DNA from: Strigamia acuminata
Lineage: Eukaryota
Assembly (NCBI GenBank): GCA_949358305.1
Contig: OX442314.1
Coordinates: forward strand, 124,001-188,000
DNA length: 64,000 nt
Direction: 5' to 3'
Both the position numbers and the translations under genes were made by a program. Under the pieces are notes generated by a model. That model was not told where the DNA came from. It searched no databases and saw only the letters and a program-made list of their open reading frames with translations. Positions 13,285 to 24,330 of the stretch are shown here, one piece after another. Each line of letters begins with the position of its first letter. Positions within the stretch are counted from its first letter, which is position 1.

Positions 13285-14435
13285 ATGTGATAGGCTGGCC
13301 AAAGCCCAAAGGTATTCAAATGTGGTGACCGGTCAAAGGTCAGCAAACAAAATGGCAAGGTGGTCCAATTTATACAAATGAAATGAAATGACAATCAACA
13401 ATACTAGCATTAAAAATCGATTAAAAACCGATTTAAACCTAAAAAATAATTAGAAAACATAAAAAACCGATGAAAACCGTAAAAAACCATTAAAAAACCG
13501 ATTAAAACTGAAAAAAAAATCATTAAAAACCACAAAAAACCGCTTAAAACTGAAAATAACTATAAGAAATCATAAAATAAAAGATTAAAACTGTTTAAAA
13601 ACAGTTAAAAAACATCAAAAACCAATAAAAAAAATGGCGTCGTTGTGTGCTGCAGTGAAGCACCGGGTAAATGCAGAGTTGCCGACGTGATGGCTGGCTA
13701 GTCAAAGCCCAAAGGTATTCAAACGTGGTGACCGGTCAAAGGTCAGCAAACAAAATGGCAAGGTGATCCAATTTATACAAATGAAATGAAATGACAATCG
13801 ACAATACTAGGATTAAAAATCGATTAAAAACCGATTTAAACCTAAAAAATAATTAGAAAACATAAAAAACCGATGAAAACCGTAAAAAACCATTAAAAAA
13901 CCGCTTAAAACTGAAAATAACTATAAGAAATCATAAAATAAAAGATTAAAACTGTTTAAAAACAGTTAAAAAACATCAAAAACCAATAAAAAAAATGGCG
14001 TCGTTGTGTGCTGCAGTGAAGCACCGGGTAAATGCAGAGTTGCCGACGTGATGGCTAGTCAAAGCCCAAAGGTATTCAAACGTGGTGACCGGTCAAAGGT
14101 CAGCACACTCAGCAAACAAAATGGCAAGGTGGTCCAATTTATACAAATGAAATGACAATTGACAATACTAGCATTAAAAATCGATTAAAAACCGATTTAA
14201 ACCTGAAAACTTTTTAGAAAGCATAAAAAACCGATGAAAACCGTAAAAAACCATTAAAAAACCGATTAAAACTGAAAAAAAATCATTAAAACCCACAAAA
14301 AACCGCTTAAAACTGAAAATAACTATAAGAAATCATAAAATAAAAGATTAAAACTGTTTAAAAACAGTTAAAAAACATCAAAAACCAATAAAAAAAATGG
14401 CGTCGTCGTGTGCTGCAGTGAAGCACCGGGTAAAT
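13285..14435. repeat. Three ~360-400-bp tandem repeats upstream of the hAT transposase; also at ~54908-56058
   Basis: AAAGCCCAAAGGTATTCAAA recurs at 13301, 13704 and 14061; each unit ends in GTGAAGCACCGGGTAAAT. Confidence 0.9.
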
Positions 14436-15393
14436 ACGCATGCGCACTAGCTCACTAGCAACCTGTCAGCGCGCATTTTTTAATAAAGACGATTTTTTTT
14501 AATTATTTGGTCTTTAAAAAAGTTAGGCCAGTGTGTTACCAGTAGTAACACACTTTATAGTGCCATCAATGCCATAAATTAAAATAAGAACAAATTTATT
14601 TAGTCTAAAATCAAGTTATTTATTTATTATTATTTTAAAATTTTAAAATTACAAAATATAAAGAAATGATAAAAATATATATATTTTTAGAAGCTGTGTA
14701 TTCCTGGTTCCTGCAAAACGAGACAAATTAAAAACAGTTTTTAAATTTGTATGGGAAAACGAGAGAAAACACGATATTCTCGTGTTTTCTCGCGTTTTCC
14801 CGTGGACCGCGAGATGTACCGCAAAAGCGGTCCGCGTTACACGTATTTATAAAAGTACCGCGGTCCCGGTACGCGGTACTGTACCGGCCTTAAAAAAATA
14901 CCGCGGTCCCGGTACTCACCATCGCAAAAGTAACGCGGTCCCGGTCCCGGTACAGTACCGCGTACCGGCGGTCCAGGACCGCCGGTACAGGACCGCGTAC
15001 CGCGCACAACACTGACAACAATCAAACAATTGCAAGGATTTATTCAGCGATGGGCATTTCCAAAAGTTATCATCAGTGATAATGCGCCAGCTTTCCGATC
15101 AATGGAATTCCAGGCTGCATGTCAGAGTTTTGGCGCCATCAATATGACGGTTTACAATGGCTATAAATGCCTATTTTCTATCAAGAAAGCGCTGTTGCGC
15201 CAATATGATGGTATTTTTACAATATTCTGTGTAAAACTGATAAATGTCTAGAATAAAGTCATTTATGATGTTTCAAATACAAAGATGTTCGTTTATTAAG
15301 AATAAACACTAATTTCCACATGATACTAAAGTATCACGGCATAATTACGAAGATTCGTCTGCTAAAACCCGCATTTGTCAATGCTCCATATTG

Positions 15394-15407
15394 CCACTAG
15401 ATGGCGC
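15394..15407 (+). promoter_or_regulatory. CTCF-consensus site in the element B LTR (also 22670-22683, 36623-36636, 43905-43918)
   Basis: CCACTAGATGGCGC fits the CTCF core CCASYAGRKGGCRS at every position. Confidence 0.65.
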
Positions 15408-15614
15408 GATCGCAATTAGCGATAAATTCGAATACGAACTTGAAAACCTCATGATTAAATATAAACGTATATTTAATCAAGTGAATAAATTGTGTTAAAT
15501 ATTAATATAAATATATATTAAGTATCTGACATTGTTAAATACAATGTAACTTCCATTTCTGCGGGACAGAATGTTTAGCGATCAATCGGTCAACCGATCA
15601 ATCTGATTGGTGGA

Positions 15615-15810
15615 ACCCATTTCCGGTCCTGGGTATCCAGTTCCGGTTGTAACAAGGATTAGCATAATTTGCATAAATGCTCCTCCGTATCCACTTCCGG
15701 TGATACGGGATTGGAGGGATTCGTGGAACCCATGTTCCAATTGGATGACTGGATTAATCCTTAAATCCAGTCAGGTTATATAAACCCAAACAATCGGCCA
15801 TTCCGCAGCT
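15615..15810 (+). promoter_or_regulatory. Probable element B LTR promoter
   Basis: Three TTCCGG ETS-like cores, octamer ATTTGCAT at 15667-15674, inverted repeat TGACTGGATT...AATCCAGTCA, then TATATAAA at 15777-15784. Confidence 0.55.
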
Positions 15811-17056
15811 CTGTTTGATTATTTCTGTTTGGTATTGTTACTTAAGAAGTATGATTCGTTGTTCACGTAAAAAACCTTTTGGTTCTTTGTTGATTTATTC
15901 GCAAAGAACCGTTGCATGATTCTACAGAATCATGCCACCGCCGGCAATTGAAGTCGAAGTGCTGGGATTATTATGTTGCATAAATGTTACAGTCTACGGT
16001 TGCGACGCCGAAGGAGAACCCGCCGTTGTGCAATTCAGTATCCTCCGGACAGGACCAAGTTGTCTTTTTCGGTATGAACGTATTCCGTTACCACGAGTAG
16101 CATCGGTATTGTTGAGAATCGGTTCCTTCACCTGATGGTGCCAAAGCAGTCTGTTTTACAGTAACCACGAGTAGCACCAAGTGTTTGGCAAGCTGATTCT
16201 CATGGTATTCGATGCCAAAGCAGTCGGTCTATTATTAGTACCGCGAGAGATAAAACTGCTGTGCGGAGCCGCGAGCTATCGACCCCTGTGTACGTGGTAC
16301 CGTCAACCACTCGATGGACGACCGTGCTGCGACGCCGGGGACGCTTGATACCGTTCTGCATGGCAAGGCGTATATTCTAATCGATGGCAATTGTGTGTTG
16401 CGACGGGAAGCTTAATCTTCATTTTATTTATAACAGCAAAACTTAAACTCGACAACCAGTTGGACCAAAATCAAGTCAGAAGACTTAATCTCATATTGAA
16501 CTCAATATAACCGATAAGTTGACGACAACTTATTCCCGAAATATCTAAATAAGAATTCACAACGATATGAATTAAATATAATTCATAAGTGGAATATTGA
16601 TAAGTAAATGAATACATTTACTTACACCAATATCCTCCCAAAGTTGTGGCGGTGCAGACAAAGTCAACCGCAATGCTCAGATCATTCGATTTATCGACGT
16701 GCGATAGTTTACACAGCGAACCAAGGAAACCAGCGAAGCCGTATCGGACTCCAGGACACAGCCATCCGGCTTAAGATGACATCTATAATCAGGTCGAGCG
16801 ATGGGGAAACCGCTCCCATATTCCAGACCCGTAGTGATATTATTCTAGGGCCAGTTGGCCAATTCTTTGTATAGTTTAATAGCTGATTTAACTTGCCAAA
16901 TGTCGGCATTAGTCCTATGTATAATTTAGCTCATCCATATTGTTTGCCAACAATAAACTGTCTTGTATTTATCTCGTATTGTATTCACTGTTTATTTATT
17001 GCGATCTCTTCCCGGTACCATTGTTAAATGGGAGTTGTGGTCGTCACCGTCACACG

Positions 17057-17075
17057 TGGAGGTCCCACCGAGATT
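17057..17075 (+). other. Primer binding site, tRNA-Gln (element B); also 38288-38306
   Basis: TGGAGGTCCCACCGAGATT, 2 nt after the LTR, is complementary to the 3' end of metazoan tRNA-Gln (...AATCTCGGTGGGACCTCCA). Confidence 0.88.
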
Positions 17076-20003
17076 AGGTTGCAATTAAATTCGATAGAAT
17101 TGTAAAAGTGAATTTTGAGATAAATATTTAACTAAAAGATTTAGTTAAAAAACAGACCAGTTTCAAACCATGTTTATTTTCTTGAGAAACACCAAAACTG
17201 TCCTTTAACTAGGAATTTCGGAAGTTATAGACCTATCACACGATCACTGAAATAGGTTGCAAATTAATTCGATCGAATTGCAAAAGCGAATCTTGAATCC
17301 GATATTAACAAAAAAATTTTAGTTAAAACAGACAAATAGATTTTCAGTTTATATTTTCATGTGAAAAGTTAAACTGACGAAATGGAAACGTTTAGTGAAC
17401 TCTCTTTACTATTTTCGTTCGACAATTTAAGGAATACGAAGTATTTTAAATAAGAAATCAAAAAAAGTTTCGAGTGAAATAAGAATACAGATATTTTTTT
17501 CGAAGTTTGTTTTATTTCGAAAAGCTAAAAACATACAAGTTTAGAAGGCGGACTTCTTACGAATTTATCTTTCCACCTGAAAAGTTAAAACGAAGAAAAC
17601 ACCGCAACTATTTGGAAATATTTACAAGAAATTAAGTTTCTTGTAACTGTACGTCGACACCGATAGCCAGCGACCACGCGCCATAGCAATACGCGTCGAT
17701 CTCCGTATCAAACGCAGCAGGGAAGCTACTCAAACCTTCAACGCAAGGTGCGAACGAATGCTTGGAAATTATGGCGGACAACAGATAAAAGACAGCGGAG
17801 AAATGTTACAGAAGGTTCGTAGAGATTTATTTAAGTGTCGCGAACTAATTTTTCCACTGCCATCGGTACCAAAGATAATTTAGTTGTTGGAGAAAAACAA
17901 CACACTCCATTTCGCAGAAAAGATTTGCAAATCGAAATGAATATTACCTTTATTTGAAGGAATTAACTATTTTCACAAAAAGTACATTTTTTCCTTCGGG
18001 ACAATGGAAATTAAGAAAATATAAAATGGCGGCGAATGAAGTTGCCGACCACGTAGAATAGTATTTTTTACATTGAAAGTTACGAATCACGATAAACGCT
18101 TTCCCTCGGAAAAGTAAAAGGATTTCATTCAATCTTTCCTTTCGGAAATTTAACAGTGTTTTAAGTTTCCAACGATATTTGGGTCTCCCAAATTTTGAGA
18201 ATTTCTAAATGAAATTTAGCTGTTTGAAAAACAACGAATATTTTTAGTAATCTAATCGGACATTTTCCCACATGATTTCTTAAAACCGGAATAACAAATC
18301 CATTTGTGGCTATGAACTTTGCCACATGAAATATTTACGGAGCGAATATTTTTTAATTGGATTGAAGCTTTAAAATCAGATAGCTGATTTAAACGAAGAA
18401 AATAAGTTTCAAAGTAATTATTTTTCTTTCGGAAAAATCAAATAAATCACCGCTGATGAAAAGTTGTATTTTTCCATTCGAAAAAACTAAGAATTGCACA
18501 AGATTTATCTTCTATTTTGAACATAGATTTTATTCGGAAAAGGAAAGATTCTAGATACATTATTTTTCTCTAAAAATTAAGAATTTAGTCAATTTTCCTA
18601 AAGGTTAATGGAATGTCATCATATATTTCGTTCGTAATTTACGTGTTAAAGTTTAATCAGAAAAACGATTGAATATGTTTTATTTGCGATAAGTAAAAGA
18701 AAGGTTCTTTAAAAATGGAATTTCGATGCAAATCCCACAGTAAAGGGAATGTTATGTGTGAGCAATTAACGAAAAGTTGGAATAACTTCATTTTATTTCA
18801 TTCAAAAGTAGTTGTGAAAAATCAATTTCAAATATTTTTCAAAGAAAAATTATTTTTATCGGAAAAAAGTAATTTACATGTCCTCGCGCGGACCGAGTAG
18901 TAAACTGCTTAATTGTGACATCGATACTGTTATTGTGTCACGTGTTATACGGAATTCCAAACCAGTGAATTACGAATTTTGGCGCGATAGGAATAGAAGT
19001 TTGACAGTGAAAGTTCTCCAGATTTGCCTTTTCATTTGAAAAGTTCAAATTGAGGAAATGCTGCAGCAGATGAAGGTATTTACGACAATTGAGATTTAAA
19101 TATTCTTTCATTCAAAAGATAAAAGATCTCTGCAAAAACATCTCGTTATTAGAGATAAGGGGGACGAAAATTATTAAAACGAATAATCAAAGACACGTCC
19201 TTCGTAAATATCGCAAAGGAATAACTAATTGTGAAAACAATTGTCCGCTCAGGAAAAGTGGAATTTAGCTAGATATTTTCTTTCGAAAAATCAAAGCAAT
19301 TGTCATCAAAAAAGAAAGATTTGATGAATAATTTTTACCCAAAAGTCTAAAGGATTGTCGAATAGTTTTCTCCCGAAAAACAAGTACACATTTGTACCAA
19401 TAACTTTATCGTTTAAAGTAAAATTTCGAATATTTTCTTTTGGAAGATTAGAGAATTAGATAATTTTTCTCGCAAAACAAATTTAAAGAATTTTAACGAA
19501 TTTTTATTTGTTAAAAAAATTTGTTAAAAAAGGGGGAGATGGATGGTGAAAATTTATTTTTTCACACTCGAAAAATGGAATTTAAACCCGAAAAAGTAAA
19601 GACTTGGTCAAATTATTCTTCCTATTGGAAATGAATACACAATGTTGGGAATCGAAAATAGATTTCAATTACAAAGGAATGATTATTTGAACGATAATTG
19701 AATAAGAATAAGAAAAATTGAGAGTTTGAGAAAACTTTATTAAAGTTGTGGTTGTAACGATATCACACACTAACGGAATAATTAAAAGAAAAATATTTTT
19801 TGAAGAAAAGTTATTTAATTATTTGGATTGGTAAAAATCCCAAAGTTCAAGAAGATTGAAGTAAGTTTATTTTATTTTCATTTGAAAAATACAATATTTT
19901 ACGAATGTCTTCCCGAAGGAATTTTATTTTATCGGTAAAATTGAATCTCGAAGGGAACGGACTTAGTAGAGAACTACTAAATAGATGTAACGTCCTTTAT
20001 ACC

Positions 20004-20101
20004 ATTGGCCGACACTAACATCCGCCAATCAGAAGTTGGGAGATCTAGGGATCCCCAGCCCCCTGCTATTAAAGGAGGACCAGATCAGATACTGATCATT
20101 C
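20004..20101 (+). promoter_or_regulatory. Internal Pol II promoter for the element B ORF; also ~41237-41334
   Basis: ATTGG at 20004, CCAAT at 20025, TATTAAAG at 20067, initiator TCATTC with its A at 20098 (+31). Confidence 0.6.
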
Positions 20102-20331
20102 GCATCCAGACCAGACCAGAAGACGTGTTCCAGAGTCATCTTGACCACGCCGTCCCGATTTCAGTCACGATTCGAATTTTGTGTGCCGTGTAACCTGCAA
20201 AAGCTAACACGTGTCAAACAAACGCGAAGTTTAATTTTATTTTGTCAAAAGTAAAGTTTAGAAGTGTTTCTTGTTGAAAAGTGTATTATATTCGTCTTCT
20301 TTATAAATTAAAGAATTAAAATCGTCAGATT

Positions 20332-21825
20332 TTGAATTTTTTTATGGCTCAAAAACCATTGAATATGATCGATCCAAAAGGAAATAATAAGCAGACAAAC
20401 TTAAATTTAAGTTCTGTACCACTTGGCGATCAAACAGAAAAGATTCCCGATCATTTTACTCTGTATTGTAATCGTCATGGACTGGATAAAACCAAGTTTA
20501 AAAATATAATCGAAGCTTCAGACTATGTAAAAGCTAGGAACTGGCGAGATCGTACCCAATCTCAATCTTCACATCAAGATCCAGTACGGAATCCACAAAC
20601 ATACAGCCGAAACTTAGTGAATCAAGATTCTCATACTATGTTTCAAACATCCAGTAGGGGATCTAAGTTAGAAAAGTTTAAACCACCTAATTCGGTAGAT
20701 AAGGGGGAAGAGAATTATAAACCTAATAATTCTCATCCAGAGAGTTCGTTAACTAACCAGTCGGTTGTTCAGAACAAATTAAAACTCGTTTACAATCGAG
20801 ATCAGCTAATTTCAGTTCGATATGCTAATCCAGCTGAAGCACAACGATATGTGGCTAGCCTTAATCTGTCGATTAACCTACCGCTATCAAAAGAATTGGG
20901 AACCGTAAACAAAAGTTTTGGGCCACCAATATCAACGCAAAGGAAAGATATTCGGACTCCAAACAAACATTTGCAGTCAAATAACGTACAACAACGTGCC
21001 CGATCGCCGATCACAAACTCATGTTTGCGGACGTATGATTTGTCTACCAAGAAGAGTCCCCAGCCAAGACAATTCTACCTAACGCCCATTTCAAATCGAA
21101 AAAAGGTCAAGCAAACTTTTCCCTTGAAAAAGTATTACCAACACGATAATGAGAATGATTTTAAACCTAAAAAAGAAAGTTTTTTGACTAACCCACGGGA
21201 GATCCGGTATCAATTCGAACAGTATTGTAAACAATACCAGTTAAATTCAGCTGAATTTAAAAATATAAACGAAGCGCAACAATTCGTATTTCGAAATCAA
21301 TACCGTAACCAACGACTAAAACCCGTCCCAGTCGTCAATCTGACGGAGATACAACAATTTGCGTCTGGAAAGCAACCCTGCAATATCCAGAATAATTCAT
21401 CTCAACGAGAGGAATTAAGAACTTCAAAAAAGCGTTTTCGGTCACCAAGTCCAGCTGGTGATGAAGAAACTTCAAGTACAAACCAACATGTTCAAAAACT
21501 GACTGAAAACCCAGGTTTCCAATCATCAGTTCCACGACTTAGAGTCAAATATAGATCCCCTCGTTTGTTGCGGGATTTCACAATTCCAAATATGGGTCCT
21601 TTCCACGTATGGTTTTCCAATGAGGGTCCCATTCATGTATGGTTTTCCAGAGATGACCTAAAACAAAAAGTTGGGTCGTCACGGTCATTTACACTGCCAA
21701 GTGAGTACACTGTGTGTAACTGCCCAAAGAAAAAACGTCGAAAGAAATCAGTACAGCAGGCTGAGAGATCTCGGAAATTTGCAAATATGCGAGCTCAATA
21801 TTTAGCAAAGAATCATGTTGATTAA
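20332..21825 (+). CDS. Element B orphan protein (497 aa from TTG; ATG start MAQKP four codons in); basic, Q/N/S-rich, with a 3x repeated motif
   Basis: Only long ORF in the element; open in both copies despite substitutions. Confidence 0.75.
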   Translation: MNFFMAQKPLNMIDPKGNNKQTNLNLSSVPLGDQTEKIPDHFTLYCNRHGLDKTKFKNIIEASDYVKARNWRDRTQSQSSHQDPVRNPQTYSRNLVNQDSHTMFQTSSRGSKLEKFKPPNSVDKGEENYKPNNSHPESSLTNQSVVQNKLKLVYNRDQLISVRYANPAEAQRYVASLNLSINLPLSKELGTVNKSFGPPISTQRKDIRTPNKHLQSNNVQQRARSPITNSCLRTYDLSTKKSPQPRQFYLTPISNRKKVKQTFPLKKYYQHDNENDFKPKKESFLTNPREIRYQFEQYCKQYQLNSAEFKNINEAQQFVFRNQYRNQRLKPVPVVNLTEIQQFASGKQPCNIQNNSSQREELRTSKKRFRSPSPAGDEETSSTNQHVQKLTENPGFQSSVPRLRVKYRSPRLLRDFTIPNMGPFHVWFSNEGPIHVWFSRDDLKQKVGSSRSFTLPSEYTVCNCPKKKRRKKSVQQAERSRKFANMRAQYLAKNHVD

Positions 21826-22408
21826 CATGATATGATACACAAAGATTCCCCGATTATAGTGTAAACAGAAAATCCTCTTCTAAAAATCATGACCTCTCTT
21901 CTAAAGAAAAGGGGGACAAAATATAAAAGTTAGAATTAACAAAATTTTGAAAAGTAATGCTACATTATTAAGACAACTAGTTTAATTAAATTAGTCAATT
22001 GTACAAAGAATACCAAGTGACTCCGGTCATGACAATTAAGGGGGACATTTTGATTCTTAAATTGTCAACTCTTATCATCTAAAAGCTATTTATTGTATAT
22101 TTATAGCGATACATCTGACTAGGCATATGAAATAAATATTTTGTGATAACACAAATGATGATTTTATGTATGACGAAAGTTTCTTCAAAAAGAAGACTTG
22201 GAAATAAATTCTGGACTTGAATTTAGGCTATTAGAAAAGATTATTTCGGCAGAAAATCAGAACTTAGATAATTCAAGTTAGTTTATGTAAACTCAAATTC
22301 GAAATTGGAAGTCACGGTATCTCCAAGATACATCAAGTCCGAAAATAGCATTTATGCTAATTAGGAGAATAACGAAAACTCTATAAAATATTATATAGTT
22401 GTGTTATT

Positions 22409-22416
22409 AAGGGGGA
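22409..22416 (+). other. Polypurine tract of element B; also 43644-43651
   Basis: AAGGGGGA lies 2 nt before the 3' LTR. Confidence 0.8.
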
Positions 22417-22418
22417 TG

Positions 22419-24330
22419 TATGACGGTTTACAATGGCTATAAATGCCTATTTTCTATCAAGAAAGCGCTGTTGCGCCAATATGATGGTATTTTTACAATA
22501 TTCTGTGTAAAACTGATAAATGTCTAGAATAAAGTCATTTATGATGTTTCAAATACAAAGATGTTCGTTTATTAAGAATAAACACTAATTTCCACATGAT
22601 ACTAAAGTATCACGGCATAATTACGAAGATTCGTCTGCTAAAACCCGCATTTGTCAATGCTCCATATTGCCACTAGATGGCGCGATCGCAATTAGCGATA
22701 AATTCGAATACGAACTTGAAAACCTCATGATTAAATATAAACGTATATTTAATCAAGTGAATAAATTGTGTTAAATATTAATATAAATATATATTAAGTA
22801 TCTGACATTGTTAAATACAATGTAACTTCCATTTCTGCGGGACAGAATGTTTAGCGATCAATCGGTCAACCGATCAATCTGATTGGTGGAACCCATTTCC
22901 GGTCCTGGGTATCCAGTTCCGGTTGTAACAAGGATTAGCATAATTTGCATAAATGCTCCTCCGTATCCACTTCCGGTGATACGGGATTGGAGGGATTCGT
23001 GGAACCCATGTTCCAATTGGATGACTGGATTAATCCTTAAATCCAGTCAGGTTATATAAACCCAAACAATCGGCCATTCCGCAGCTCTGTTTGATTATTT
23101 CTGTTTGGTATTGTTACTTAAGAAGTATGATTCGTTGTTCACGTAAAAAACCTTTTGGTTCTTTGTTGATTTATTCGCAAAGAACCGTTGCATGATTCTA
23201 CAGAATCATGCCACCGCCGGCAATTGAAGTCGAAGTGCTGGGATTATTATGTTGCATAAATGTTACAGTCTACGGTTGCGACGCCGAAGGAGAACCCGCC
23301 GTTGTGCAATTCAGTATCCTCCGGACAGGACCAAGTTGTCTTTTTCGGTATGAACGTATTCCGTTACCACGAGTAGCATCGGTATTGTTGAGAATCGGTT
23401 CCTTCACCTGATGGTGCCAAAGCAGTCTGTTTTACAGTAACCACGAGTAGCACCAAGTGTTTGGCAAGCTGATTCTCATGGTATTCGATGCCAAAGCAGT
23501 CGGTCTATTATTAGTACCGCGAGAGATAAAACTGCTGTGCGGAGCCGCGAGCTATCGACCCCTGTGTACGTGGTACCGTCAACCACTCGATGGACGACCG
23601 TGCTGCGACGCCGGGGACGCTTGATACCGTTCTGCATGGCAAGGCGTATATTCTAATCGATGGCAATTGTGTGTTGCGACGGGAAGCTTAATCTTCATTT
23701 TATTTATAACAGCAAAACTTAAACTCGACAACCAGTTGGACCAAAATCAAGTCAGAAGACTTAATCTCATATTGAACTCAATATAACCGATAAGTTGACG
23801 ACAACTTATTCCCGAAATATCTAAATAAGAATTCACAACGATATGAATTAAATATAATTCATAAGTGGAATATTGATAAGTAAATGAATACATTTACTTA
23901 CACCAATATCCTCCCAAAGTTGTGGCGGTGCAGACAAAGTCAACCGCAATGCTCAGATCATTCGATTTATCGACGTGCGATAGTTTACACAGCGAACCAA
24001 GGAAACCAGCGAAGCCGTATCGGACTCCAGGACACAGCCATCCGGCTTAAGATGACATCTATAATCAGGTCGAGCGATGGGGAAACCGCTCCCATATTCC
24101 AGACCCGTAGTGATATTATTCTAGGGCCAGTTGGCCAATTCTTTGTATAGTTTAATAGCTGATTTAACTTGCCAAATGTCGGCATTAGTCCTATGTATAA
24201 TTTAGCTCATCCATATTGTTTGCCAACAATAAACTGTCTTGTATTTATCTCGTATTGTATTCACTGTTTATTTATTGCGATCTCTTCCCGGTACCATTGT
24301 TAAATGGGAGTTGTGGTCGTCACCGTCACA
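22419..24330 (+). repeat. Element B 3' LTR
   Basis: Direct repeat of 15143-17054 at offset 7276. Confidence 0.95.

Larger units (their letters stand above)
9659..15014 (-). mobile_element. Full-length hAT DNA transposon (5356 bp) inserted in Gypsy integrase
   Basis: Perfect 18-bp TIR CAGTGTTGTGCGCGGTAC; 8-bp TSD ACAACAAT at 9651-9658 and 15015-15022; encodes a hAT transposase. Confidence 0.97.
15143..17054 (+). repeat. Element B 5' LTR (TATGACGG...CCGTCACA)
   Basis: Direct repeat of 22419-24330; followed by the PBS. Confidence 0.95.
15143..24330 (+). mobile_element. Non-autonomous LTR retroelement B, copy 1 (9188 bp, LARD-like), inserted in Gypsy integrase
   Basis: Two 1912-bp LTRs, PBS and PPT; TCAA TSD at 15139-15142 and 24331-24334; the empty site is visible at ~56762; no gag or pol ORF. 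Confidence 0.93.

Noticed and set aside
15932..16909. Short ORFs within element B LTRs and antisense ORFs over gag, pol, ORF4 and the transposase
   Set aside because: Short, without motifs, and recurring only because the DNA is duplicated.
17365..18490. Hammerhead ribozyme cores (CTGACGA...GAAAC at ~17374, CTGATGA at ~18454), which would make B a retrozyme
   Set aside because: Could not build the three required stems; the sites are also outside the LTRs.
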